From an uncultured Verrucomicrobiae bacterium (GTDB lineage: Bacteria; Verrucomicrobiota; Verrucomicrobiia; Limisphaerales; Palsa-1400), in the NCBI GenBank assembly GCA_963702845.1, contig OY969763.1:640001-704000 (forward strand): a DNA stretch of 64,000 bases. Direction: 5' to 3'. Within the stretch, counting starts at the first letter, position 1. The number at the start of each line of letters is the position of its first letter. This document shows positions 30,750 through 39,900 of this stretch, piece after piece. The notes under the pieces were generated by a model that was not told the DNA's origin, did no database searches, and worked only from the letters and a program-made list of their open reading frames with translations. A program made the position numbers and the translations under genes.

Positions 30750-31262
30750 ATGATTATTCGACGGATACAGGCGAGTGATGCGGCGGGGTATCAGGAGGTT
30801 CGCAAGGCGGCGTTGAAGGATGTTCCGCAGTTTGTGGGGCCGTTGGGAGAACAGGAGGCAAATTGTGCGCTCAACGAACTGGAGACGCGGATTAAGAATG
30901 AGGAGGCGGAAGGGATTTATCGTTTCGGAGTTTTTTTGGATGGACGCTGTGTTGGGGTCGCGGCGATGAGTCGGAAGTTGAATCCGAAGTATGCGCACAA
31001 GGTGTTTTTTTGGGGATTGTATATTTTGCCGGAATTTCGAGGGCGATCGGTCGGTCGCAAGTTGATGGAGGAACGGATTGCGTTTGCCCGGACATTGTCC
31101 GGTGTTCGGTTTGCCACATTGCACGTAACGACGACAAATGAGCCGGCGCGGATTTTGCATCAGAAATTTGGGTTTGTGAGTTGTGGGGTTGAACCGGAGG
31201 CGATGTGTCTGGATGGGAAGTTTTATGATTTTGAGTTGATGCAATTGGATTTGAGTGCGTGA
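30750..31262 (+). CDS. GNAT N-acetyltransferase
   Basis: GLYILPEFRGRSVGRKLM, NEPARILHQKFGF. Confidence 0.9.
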   Translation: MIIRRIQASDAAGYQEVRKAALKDVPQFVGPLGEQEANCALNELETRIKNEEAEGIYRFGVFLDGRCVGVAAMSRKLNPKYAHKVFFWGLYILPEFRGRSVGRKLMEERIAFARTLSGVRFATLHVTTTNEPARILHQKFGFVSCGVEPEAMCLDGKFYDFELMQLDLSA

Positions 31263-31268
31263 GATCGG

Positions 31269-31335
31269 GAACCGAAGCGAACGAAGGAAACGAAGATGTT
31301 TAACGCAAAGACGCGAAGAGCAAAAGGCGCAGGGG
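31269..31335 (+). repeat. Purine-rich short repeat block (B then A)
   Basis: gaaccgaagcgaacgaaggaaacgaag + aacgcaaagacgcgaagagcaaaaggcgcagggg. Confidence 0.75.
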
Positions 31336-31397
31336 AGCAAAGGGAGTTCTCAGCCGTTAATCGCACGCGTGGCTGGCTGAAGCCGAGACTCCATATG

Positions 31398-32498
31398 TTA
31401 CGCGTTTTCGACCACGGGCTGCGGATGGGCGACCTCGCCGAGGTGCTCTTTTTCCTTTAAGCCCATGTAGACGACACCGCCGACCATGCTCCAGAAAAGG
31501 CCGCCGGCGAAAGCCAGCAACGACAAAGAGAGGGACTTGGTTTGCGGAACGTTGAGGACGACCAGTAGCATGACGAAGAGGTTTTCGCGGACGCCCAGGC
31601 CGCTTGGGGTGATGGGCAGCGCGGAGATGCAGAACACGATCGGGACGACCACAAACAGGGCCTGAGTCACTTCGACGCCTAAACTCTTGGCAAGGAACAA
31701 CACTTGGAAGACGCAGAAGGTGTTCAGGATGAGTGACAGGCCGACGGTTTTAACAAGGAGTTTTGGTTCTTTGCCGAATTCGCGGCAGCTATCCAAGGAA
31801 CGTTCGAGCATTTCGCCTTTGGGCAAACGACGGAGGTAGTGGCGCGCGCGCGGAAAACGTTTGGAGACGCCGCCCCAGAAGGCAATGCCGAGAACGACAG
31901 TTAACGCGCCAAACATTCCCAGGATGATGAGGCACAGGCCCCAGTATCGTTTGTATTTGAGGACGATGTGCAGATTTACGGCCATCATCAGAGCTGCGTA
32001 CAGAAGCATGCTCCAGAGGCCGATCAGTCGATCGACGAAGACGGTGGTGACGGCTTCGGTTTTTTTGTGATGCGTTTCGCGCGCGGCGTAATAGGCCTTG
32101 ATGAGGTCGCCGCCGCTGGAGCCGAGCAGGAAGGAATTAAAAAACTGGGCGACGAAGGAAATGCCGGTGGCGCGAGCAAGCGAGAGATCGAGACCTTGAA
32201 CTTTCAAGACCATGCGCCAGCGGATGACGTTGAGCATGACGACGACTCCGACGCACAACAGCGACGCGGCGAGTGCGGCAGGGTGAATGAGGCTGAGGGT
32301 GTGCCAGAGTTCGCGTGGGCCGGCGGTCCAGGCCTGGTGCCATTGGGCGGCACGGCTGAGGCTTTGCCAGTTGAGGCCGGCTTGTTCGGCGGCGTATTTG
32401 CCTTCGTTGAGGAAGATGGAATGGAAAATCCAGGCCAGGAGCAGGACGCAAATTGCCATGCGCCAGGTTGCGCGCCAGATGTCTTTTAGGCGGTTCAT
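31398..32498 (-). CDS. Lysylphosphatidylglycerol synthase TM-domain (flippase-like) protein
   Basis: RWRMVL, QFFNSFLLGSSGGDLIK, DRLIG, LPITPSGLGVRE; ATGA overlap with the upstream gene. Confidence 0.88.
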   Translation of the reverse strand: MNRLKDIWRATWRMAICVLLLAWIFHSIFLNEGKYAAEQAGLNWQSLSRAAQWHQAWTAGPRELWHTLSLIHPAALAASLLCVGVVVMLNVIRWRMVLKVQGLDLSLARATGISFVAQFFNSFLLGSSGGDLIKAYYAARETHHKKTEAVTTVFVDRLIGLWSMLLYAALMMAVNLHIVLKYKRYWGLCLIILGMFGALTVVLGIAFWGGVSKRFPRARHYLRRLPKGEMLERSLDSCREFGKEPKLLVKTVGLSLILNTFCVFQVLFLAKSLGVEVTQALFVVVPIVFCISALPITPSGLGVRENLFVMLLVVLNVPQTKSLSLSLLAFAGGLFWSMVGGVVYMGLKEKEHLGEVAHPQPVVENA

Positions 32499-33409
32499 TC
32501 CGGGCCCCACACTTCCTTGATGTGGGCAATGCCTTTCTCTACGGCATCGCGCTGCACATGCGGGCTGAGTTCGAAAACTTTTATGTGTTCTGGCTTAACC
32601 ACCGGTTTCAAAGCGGCAAAATCGATTGTGCCCGAGCCCGGTGCAGCATGGTCGCGTCCCGGATAATCGACATCGTGCACGTGAAAACCGAAAAGCCGCT
32701 CAGCCATGCATTCTAGATGAATAACGTGATGAATAAAACCCAAATTCTCTTTGATTTGCGCGTGACCGGTGTCGTGCCAGTAGCCGACGTTTGGGCGGTT
32801 CAGGCGGCGGAATAGTGCTGAAAATTCGGTATCAAATGGAATTTCTTCGAGCTTCTCGCGATTTTCAATGCCGAGCTTGAGGCCGCGCGCTTCGGCTTCT
32901 TTGGCGAGGCGGTCGAGCATCTGGTAAGCGTTCTCGATGTAGCGATCTTTTTTCTGCTCGCGCTTCATGAGGAGTTCTTCGCAAAGGGCAGCGTAGCGGT
33001 CGGACTCGCGTTGGCCTTTTTCGATGAGTTCCATCAGCTTCTCCGTGTAATTACGCATGTCGATCCGGCCGGTGTGCAGGACGACGGCTTGGGCTTTGAG
33101 GCGCTGGGCGGTATCGAGAGTTTTGATGGTGTGGCGAAAGGCATTGTCGCGTTCGCGCGGGTCTTCGGAGGAGAAAAGATAAAGGTTAGGGGCCGCGCGT
33201 TCGACGCCCATGGGCAAGGGACAGAAATTGTGGAGCGTGGAGATTTTGATTTCACCTGCGTCAACCGCCTGAAGGATCCCAGGGAGCAGGCTCAGACGGA
33301 TTCCGTGACTCAACTCAGCGTAGTCAAAGCCAAGCGCGCGGATTTCGCGAAGCATCTCGCGTCCGTCGGTGTGGCGATGGGAGTTCCAGCAGGTGGAGAA
33401 GGAATACAC
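32495..33409 (-). CDS. Sugar phosphate isomerase/epimerase (AP_endonuc_2 TIM barrel)
   Basis: LGIENRE, YWHDTGHA, FHVHD, DHAAPGSGTIDF. Confidence 0.85.
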   Translation of the reverse strand: MYSFSTCWNSHRHTDGREMLREIRALGFDYAELSHGIRLSLLPGILQAVDAGEIKISTLHNFCPLPMGVERAAPNLYLFSSEDPRERDNAFRHTIKTLDTAQRLKAQAVVLHTGRIDMRNYTEKLMELIEKGQRESDRYAALCEELLMKREQKKDRYIENAYQMLDRLAKEAEARGLKLGIENREKLEEIPFDTEFSALFRRLNRPNVGYWHDTGHAQIKENLGFIHHVIHLECMAERLFGFHVHDVDYPGRDHAAPGSGTIDFAALKPVVKPEHIKVFELSPHVQRDAVEKGIAHIKEVWGPE

Positions 33410-33490
33410 GGTTCGTTAGGGGTCAGTTACTTCGCAGTAGAGCTTTTTTAGTATTCAGTGCGTCAGATGTTAGCAGTTGGCATTAAACGA

Positions 33491-33523
33491 AAAGTGAAAA
33501 GCGGTTTTGCCACTTTTCACTTT
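33491..33523 (-). terminator. Stem-loop downstream of rpsU
   Basis: AAAGTGAAAAGCGG-ttttg-CCACTTTTCACTTT (13/14 paired). Confidence 0.6.
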
Positions 33524-33541
33524 CACGGTATTAGTCCTGAA

Positions 33542-33739
33542 TTACAAGTCAGCGTAGCGTGCGCTGAGCATGGCGGAGAAGCGGGCCGCTTTCATTTTGC
33601 GACGTTTGCGTTCGCTCGGCTTCTCGAAAGTGCGATGACTGCGCACTGTCTGGAGAATGCCTTCGCGGTCGACTTTCTTTTTTAGACGACGGAGCGCCCT
33701 GTCGACGGGTTCGCCTTTTTTAAGTCTAATCTCGGTCAA
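33542..33739 (-). CDS. rpsU: 30S ribosomal protein S21
   Basis: GEPVDRALRRLKKK..FEKPSERKRRK; TTG start. Confidence 0.96.
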   Translation of the reverse strand: MTEIRLKKGEPVDRALRRLKKKVDREGILQTVRSHRTFEKPSERKRRKMKAARFSAMLSARYADL

Positions 33740-33804
33740 AAAAATTCACTTCCTCTCTGGAGTTGAATGCCGAACCACCATGGCTTGGCATTTTGCGAAG
33801 GGGC

Positions 33805-33833
33805 AGGGTAAGTGCATGTAGCGCAGGTGTCAA
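33805..33833 (-). promoter_or_regulatory. rpsU sigma70 promoter
   Basis: TTGACA-17 nt-TACCCT. Confidence 0.65.
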
Positions 33834-33992
33834 CGGCCAAAGATGAAATGACGATTGTCTAAGGAAAAATTGTGGAAGAATGACTAATGTTGTGATTGGA
33901 ACAATTCTAGGTTCACGTGTTTGTGGATTCTTGCATTTCCACCTAAATCCCTTGCGTCAGTAGTTGGTAAGTCGCTATGTTACAGGCACCGA

Positions 33993-34247
33993 ATGCAGAT
34001 GCCGCAATCTCCAACAACGCTGACGCCTGAGCAATTAGAAGAGCTCAACAACAAGCTCTCGCACATGCGTCATGAGATCAACAATCAACTTTCGTTGGTC
34101 GTCGCGGCATTGGAACTAATTCGGTTCAAGCCGGATAGCCGCGATAAGATGCTGCATACCATTTCGGAGCAGCCGAACAAAATTATCGCAGAAATGCAGA
34201 AGTTTTCGACGGATTTCGAGCAGGCGCTTGGGATTAAACGCGATTAA
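33993..34247 (+). CDS. Stand-alone HisKA/DHp-like small protein
   Basis: LSHMRHEINNQLSLVVAALELI H-box; no ATPase domain. Confidence 0.7.
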   Translation: MQMPQSPTTLTPEQLEELNNKLSHMRHEINNQLSLVVAALELIRFKPDSRDKMLHTISEQPNKIIAEMQKFSTDFEQALGIKRD

Positions 34248-34311
34248 TTGGCATATTCCGCGGGTAAATTGGGCGGACCGACACCGGAGCTTCACTCGTC
34301 TATAACCTTCC

Positions 34312-34337
34312 GTAACTTTGCGCATTAACCTGTCGTC
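34312..34337 (+). promoter_or_regulatory. Candidate ECF sigma promoter
   Basis: GTAAC-17 nt-CGTC upstream of 34377. Confidence 0.45.
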
Positions 34338-34376
34338 TGTTCTATTGACCGGTGCTGAAGCCGGATAAAGGAATAT

Positions 34377-34871
34377 ATGAAAAAGTTTAATCTATTGGCC
34401 GTGGCAGCCGGCCTGCTCATCTTGAGTTCCCCCGCTGCATTATTTGCTGATGACACGAGCGATAATAAACCCGCTGATAAACCGAATACTGAGCTGCGCG
34501 AAAAACTTCGCAACATGACGCCGGAAGAGCGCAAGCAATGGATGAAAGGTCATCCTGAAGTTGCCAAGCGAATCGAACAGAACCGTGGCAATTTTGAAAA
34601 GAATCGCGCTGTGCTGGAACGCGCTGGATTGAAGCCCGAAGAGATGAAGGATCTGCCGCCGGCTGAACGCCGCGCGAAGGTCAAAGAGGCCATCGATACT
34701 CGGGTCGCTGATCTGGAAAAGAAAAAGAGCGGCGGCACGGCTTTGACTGAACAGGAACAGTCAGACCTCGATACGCTTAATCAATTGAAAGGCATGGTTG
34801 ATCGCCAGGGGCAGCATAGTCCAGGTCGCCAGCCGAAGGCGCAAAAGCCGTCCGGCGACGATACGAAGTAA
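34377..34871 (+). CDS. Secreted charged helical protein
   Basis: Signal peptide; MTPEER and LPPAER helical repeats; followed by a terminator. Confidence 0.8.
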   Translation: MKKFNLLAVAAGLLILSSPAALFADDTSDNKPADKPNTELREKLRNMTPEERKQWMKGHPEVAKRIEQNRGNFEKNRAVLERAGLKPEEMKDLPPAERRAKVKEAIDTRVADLEKKKSGGTALTEQEQSDLDTLNQLKGMVDRQGQHSPGRQPKAQKPSGDDTK

Positions 34872-34902
34872 ATTTCGGTTCTACCCTACTGCACTAACGG
34901 AG

Positions 34903-34932
34903 AAGGCCACCGCAGAAATGCGGTGGCTTTTT
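34903..34932 (+). terminator. Intrinsic terminator
   Basis: AAGGCCACCGCA-gaaa-TGCGGTGGCTTT-TT. Confidence 0.85.
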
Positions 34933-34986
34933 AGTTTTGTCCACGGTGGCGGGTGAACGCCGTGGTTCGCAACGGTTGGCGGATGA

Positions 34987-36132
34987 TTACAATCCGCGAT
35001 AGATCATCTCGAGGGTGATTACGGAATATGTGGTGACGAGCGCTGGATCTTTTTCCCACCAACGACCGGCATTGTTCTGCCACGAACCATCGGCTTTTTG
35101 GAGATCGATGAGTTTCGACGCCACGGATTTACGCCAATCAACGGTTTTGCCGTTGTTGAGCGTGAGTTCGTTTACGTTGCAAATGGTCAAACCTTTGGTC
35201 ATGAGGTGGAGGTAATAATAAAGGCCTTGCTGACCCATCGCAGGATTTTCGTCTACGGTCCAATTATTTTTTAGCCAATCCATCACGGCGACGACGCGCG
35301 GGTCGTCTTGCTTGAGGTCTGCGTAAATGTAACTGAGTAGGCCGGCGTAGCTGATCGAGCCGTAGGAACGCAAGGCGACGCGGCCGTTGGCGTTTGTTTC
35401 CGAGCCGGCTTTGCTCTCGGCAGGGGTGTAGATGAAACCTCCTTTATTTTTTTGATCGTCCGATGCCCACGGTTGTTTATTGTAGGCGGGCAGATTTTGG
35501 CAGCTTTCGATGAAGTGAATGGCAGCGGGCCAATTCAGGTCGCTGGCGGAGCTCGGTTTGTCGCGATCGAGATATTTGGTGTAGTAGAGCGCTTCCAAAG
35601 CAGTAAGCGTGTTGTTCATGTCGGAATGGTCGTGCTTGTCGCCGTAACCAACGCCGCCGTCGAATGGGGAATCGATTTTACCTTTGGCGTTGAGATCAAT
35701 TTGTTGGCCGTTCAACCACCCGCGGGCGCGGCGTAGGACGTTGTCGTATTGCGAGTCCTTCGCCGTGACCAGGGCCATCATGCAAATCGACGTGTTGTAA
35801 TTTTCCAACTCGCGCGCGTAGATGGCTCCATCTGGTTTAACGTTTGAGAGTATGAATTTGTAGCCGTTGCGGATGGCGGGCGTTTGGTTCCGTTGGAAAC
35901 GGCCAGTTGGTTCGCCCATGTAAGCTTCCAGCGCGAGAGCGGTGACGGCAGGGTGATCGGGCGTCGACCAGGAGCCGTTTGTTTTTTGATTTGCGGTTAG
36001 CCAATCGAGACCTTTGTCGATTGCGTGTTTGACTTCGTTGGCAAAGGAGATGTCGCGGTTTTGCGGAACGGCTGCGTTCGCCGCAACCGAGCAAAGGATG
36101 GCCAGCCCAATCAGAAATCGTTTCGCACTCAT
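34987..36132 (-). CDS. Secreted prenyltransferase/squalene-cyclase-repeat protein
   Basis: QW-like repeats GLDWLTANQKTNGSW and LIDLQKADGSW; signal peptide. Confidence 0.85.
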   Translation of the reverse strand: MSAKRFLIGLAILCSVAANAAVPQNRDISFANEVKHAIDKGLDWLTANQKTNGSWSTPDHPAVTALALEAYMGEPTGRFQRNQTPAIRNGYKFILSNVKPDGAIYARELENYNTSICMMALVTAKDSQYDNVLRRARGWLNGQQIDLNAKGKIDSPFDGGVGYGDKHDHSDMNNTLTALEALYYTKYLDRDKPSSASDLNWPAAIHFIESCQNLPAYNKQPWASDDQKNKGGFIYTPAESKAGSETNANGRVALRSYGSISYAGLLSYIYADLKQDDPRVVAVMDWLKNNWTVDENPAMGQQGLYYYLHLMTKGLTICNVNELTLNNGKTVDWRKSVASKLIDLQKADGSWQNNAGRWWEKDPALVTTYSVITLEMIYRGL

Positions 36133-36246
36133 CGATTCAGTTTTCCACAAAGGGCGCTGGCTGCAAGGTTGGGATTATTTCGAGCGGACGGTGAATGATA
36201 AACGGCGATTGCGTGAGCCGCTTGGCGCGTCATATCGTGTCCAGCG

Positions 36247-37830
36247 ATGAAGGTTCCGAGTGTTACTTCGCGCCGGCAATTTCTTGCGCAAACGGCGGCT
36301 GCAGCCGCGGCGTCGTGTGTCCCGACAGCGCTGGGACAAAGTGTTACCACCGGCGAGCCAACGACGGTTCGCGTTTTGCTGCATGAAGCCGACGGCAAAC
36401 CGCTCGCGCCCGAACGCGCAAAGCGTTTGCATGCGCGCGATCTTGTTAACGATCCGTTGCCACAAAAAATTCATTCGGCGGAAGGTCGTGCTCGCATTGA
36501 TCTTGCGAAGGAGCCGATTCAGTTAAGCTGCCAGATCAGTGTTCCCGGGTTTGGTGAGGTTTATTGTTATGCAGATAATGATGGCAAGGGATACACGCAA
36601 CCGGGGAACGTTGAGTTTGTTGTCGAAGCGGCCAAAACGCGGCTGCGACGTGTTCGCGAATATTATCAGCAAGTAAAACACGGTATCGCGATTGATCCTG
36701 AAGTGGAAAAACGTCTCGATGGCGCGTCACGGCCGATTCCGAAACAGACCGGGCTCGTGCAGATCGCGGTTGCGAATGAGGCACTCGCACACGGCTTGCA
36801 TGCTGGTGAAAGGCTTTCGTTATTGGCTGCGCGTGCGCGGATTTCGCGAATGGCGGAACCGCGCCGGAATTTTTTATTTGGCGGACCGGGCTATGGTTGG
36901 CAACGCGGTGGGGAATACGAAAAACGTTTTCTCGAATTATTCAATTTCGCGGTGACGAGTTGGTATTCGTGGAAAACCCCCGAACCGGAATCGCAACCAA
37001 TCGATTACGCGCGTTATGACCAATCGCTCAACTGGTGTGAACAGCACAAGCTTGCGGCGAAGGGATTCGGCTATTGCTACATGACCCGAGGAGCGACGCC
37101 CGAATGGATTCGTTCGTGGCCTTACGCCAAAGTTTTGTCGGAATACAAAAACGTCGTCCGCCAAACCATGCAACGTTATGACGGACGCTTTCCGTATGTT
37201 GAAGTGATCAACGAGGCGCATGACAAAGCCAATTTGTTCCGGCTATCGCACCAGCAGATTTTGGAATTCACGCGGGAAGTTTTGCGCTCGGCGCGCGAAG
37301 GCTCGGCCAAAGTGAAACGGTTGATCAACAATTGTTGTCTCTGGGCAGAATACGCGGTCAAACAGAACGATGACGGATCACGACGTTGGTCGCCATATCG
37401 GTATCTTAAGGATTGTGTTTCGGCGGGTTGTGAATTCGAAACGATCGGGTTGCAACTGTATTATCCCCGCAACGACGTGTTTGAAATCGAGCGCATGCTC
37501 GAGCGGTTCAAATCGTTTAACAAGCCGCTGCATATCAGCGAAATTTCGTGCAACTCGGCGCCCGGCCTTGACGCGGCGAGTATGCGGCCGAAGGAACTCG
37601 TGCCGGGTTGGCATGGGCCGTGGACGGAAACGATGCAGGCCGATTGGCTCGAAGCGATTTACACGCTTTGCTACAGTAAACCGGAATTTGAGGCGATCGG
37701 ATACTGGGACTTGGCCGATTATGGTGGGCATTTTTGGCCCAACGGCGGATTGCTCCACAAGGATTTTACGCCGAAGGAAAGCTTTGGTCGGTTGCTGAAC
37801 TTGCAGAAGGCGTGGGGGCTCAAGGTGTAG
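36247..37830 (+). CDS. Tat-exported GH10-like glycosidase
   Basis: SRRQFL Tat motif; VEVINEAH, IGLQ, LHISE, GLLHKDFTPK. Confidence 0.8.
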   Translation: MKVPSVTSRRQFLAQTAAAAAASCVPTALGQSVTTGEPTTVRVLLHEADGKPLAPERAKRLHARDLVNDPLPQKIHSAEGRARIDLAKEPIQLSCQISVPGFGEVYCYADNDGKGYTQPGNVEFVVEAAKTRLRRVREYYQQVKHGIAIDPEVEKRLDGASRPIPKQTGLVQIAVANEALAHGLHAGERLSLLAARARISRMAEPRRNFLFGGPGYGWQRGGEYEKRFLELFNFAVTSWYSWKTPEPESQPIDYARYDQSLNWCEQHKLAAKGFGYCYMTRGATPEWIRSWPYAKVLSEYKNVVRQTMQRYDGRFPYVEVINEAHDKANLFRLSHQQILEFTREVLRSAREGSAKVKRLINNCCLWAEYAVKQNDDGSRRWSPYRYLKDCVSAGCEFETIGLQLYYPRNDVFEIERMLERFKSFNKPLHISEISCNSAPGLDAASMRPKELVPGWHGPWTETMQADWLEAIYTLCYSKPEFEAIGYWDLADYGGHFWPNGGLLHKDFTPKESFGRLLNLQKAWGLKV

Positions 37831-37880
37831 TTATGCGTAAATAATCCGAAGAAATCGGCAGTCAAAACAATCTAACGAAC

Positions 37881-39900
37881 ATGCTACGTCGATTCGTGCG
37901 AACATTTATTGCTCTTTTGATTCTGAGCGCCCTCACGATTCAGTCGCAGGCCGCGTTGAAGTTTTACGTCGCGACGAATGGAAATGACGGATGGTCGGGG
38001 CACTACGATGCGCCGCGCAAGAATCAGAAAGATGGGCCCTTGGCGAGTTTGCCGGAAGCGATTCGCCGCGCACGATCGGAGCGGAAAGCGGGAAGCGTGG
38101 AGATAATTTTGCGCAATGGGGTTCACGTTCTGGCTGAGCCGCTGGTTTTGACGGCACAAGATTCGCACCTCAGTATTTCCGCGTATCGTAACGAGAATGC
38201 TATCGTTAGTGGGCAAACGTTGATCGGTGGTTGGGAACATTTGGGAGGCAGCACGAATTTGTGGCATGCGCGTGTGACTGACGAAAAGTTGAAGCAATGG
38301 AATTTCCGCGAGTTGTTCGTGAATAACCATCGCAAGCAACGCGCACGAACACCAAATGAAGGATTTTTCCACCTGGTCGGTGCTAGTGCGGGAGCAGAGT
38401 AATCAAGTTAAGTATGCGGGCAGTGATGTTAAAGCCGAATGGGCGAAGTCGGGTGAGGTCGAGTTGGTGACGCCCCAGTTGTGGGCGGGGAGTCGGAACC
38501 GGATTGTTGCGGTCGATACGAATTCGCACGTGATCACGCTCGGCGGACAGGCCATCACCGAAAACAAGGAAGACAACGCGCGTTACTTCATCGAGAACTC
38601 GCGTGATGCGTTGGATAAAGCAGGTGAATGGTTTTTTGATCCGAAATCGGGCGAGGTTTTGTACTGGCCTGAAGCTGGCGAGGATATGGCCAAAGCGCGC
38701 GTGACTGTGCCGCATTTATCTGAGCTGGTGTTGCTCAAGGGCACGTCCAACGCGCCGGTTAGTGATGTCACGCTCCGTGGGTTGACGTTTGCTGATGCGG
38801 ACTGGCGGCTTGCGCAGAACGGTTACTGTGACGTGCAAGCGGCGGTTTACATCCGCGGCGCGGTCCATGGTGAGTTCGCCAACGACTGTGCGATTGAAAA
38901 GTGCGAGTTTGTGCGACTTGGAACTTACGCGGTTGATTTCGGGAGTGGATGTCAACGTAATCGCGTTGTTGGTAACATAATTCACGATATGGGTGCCGGT
39001 GGCGTGCGGCTTGGTGATACGGACCGAAAAGCTGCGTTTGCAAATCCTTCGGGTCAGTGCGAGATCACCGACAATGAGATTCATAACATCGGCATCATCT
39101 ATCCACCAGCGGTTGCAATGATGTTGTTTCACACCGCAGGTAATCACGTCGCGCACAACGAAATTCATCATACATTCTACACGGCGATTTCCGTGGGTTG
39201 GTCCTGGGGATATAAGCCAACGCCGTGCGGGACGAACCTTATTGAGTTCAATCACGTGCACGATATCGGGCAGAAAATGCTCAGCGATATGGGCGGGATT
39301 TACACACTTGGTTTGGAGCCTGGAACGGTGTTGCGTAATAATCTTATTCACGATGTGAACGCGCTGGCTTACGGGGGATGGGGGCTTTACACGGACGAAG
39401 GCAGTAGCGGAATTGTTTTGGAGAACAATGTCGTTTACCGCTGTGGTTCGGCAAATTTTCATCAGCATTACGGCAAGGAAAATGTTCTGCGGAATAATAT
39501 TTTTGCGTTCGGTCGCGATGCGCAATTGGCCCGGACGCGACCGGAGGAGCACATCTCGTTTTTCTTTACCAACAACATCGTTTACTACGACTCTGGTTCG
39601 CTCTTGACTGGAAATTGGTCAGGAACCAACTACGTCATCGATCACAACGTTTACTTCGATTCACGGCCGGATGGTGCGACGCGGCCGATTGAGGGTGCGA
39701 TGACCTGGCGCGGATGGAATAAAAAGGGGCGCGATGTTCACTCGATTTTTGCTGATCCGTTGTTCGTCGCGCCGGATAAAAACGATTTCACATTGAAGAG
39801 AAATTCTCCGGCTCGGAAGTCGGGTTTTAAGCCAATCGACATCCGCAGCGTTGGTGTTCGTAAACAGTTCGCAAGGACAACCAAAGATGAAACTGATTAA
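37881..39900 (+). CDS. Secreted right-handed beta-helix protein (GH141-like); frameshift near 38390
   Basis: FYVATNGNDGWSG, RARTPN, LDKAGEW, YTAISVGWSWG, DMGGIYTLG, YTDEGSS. Confidence 0.82.
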
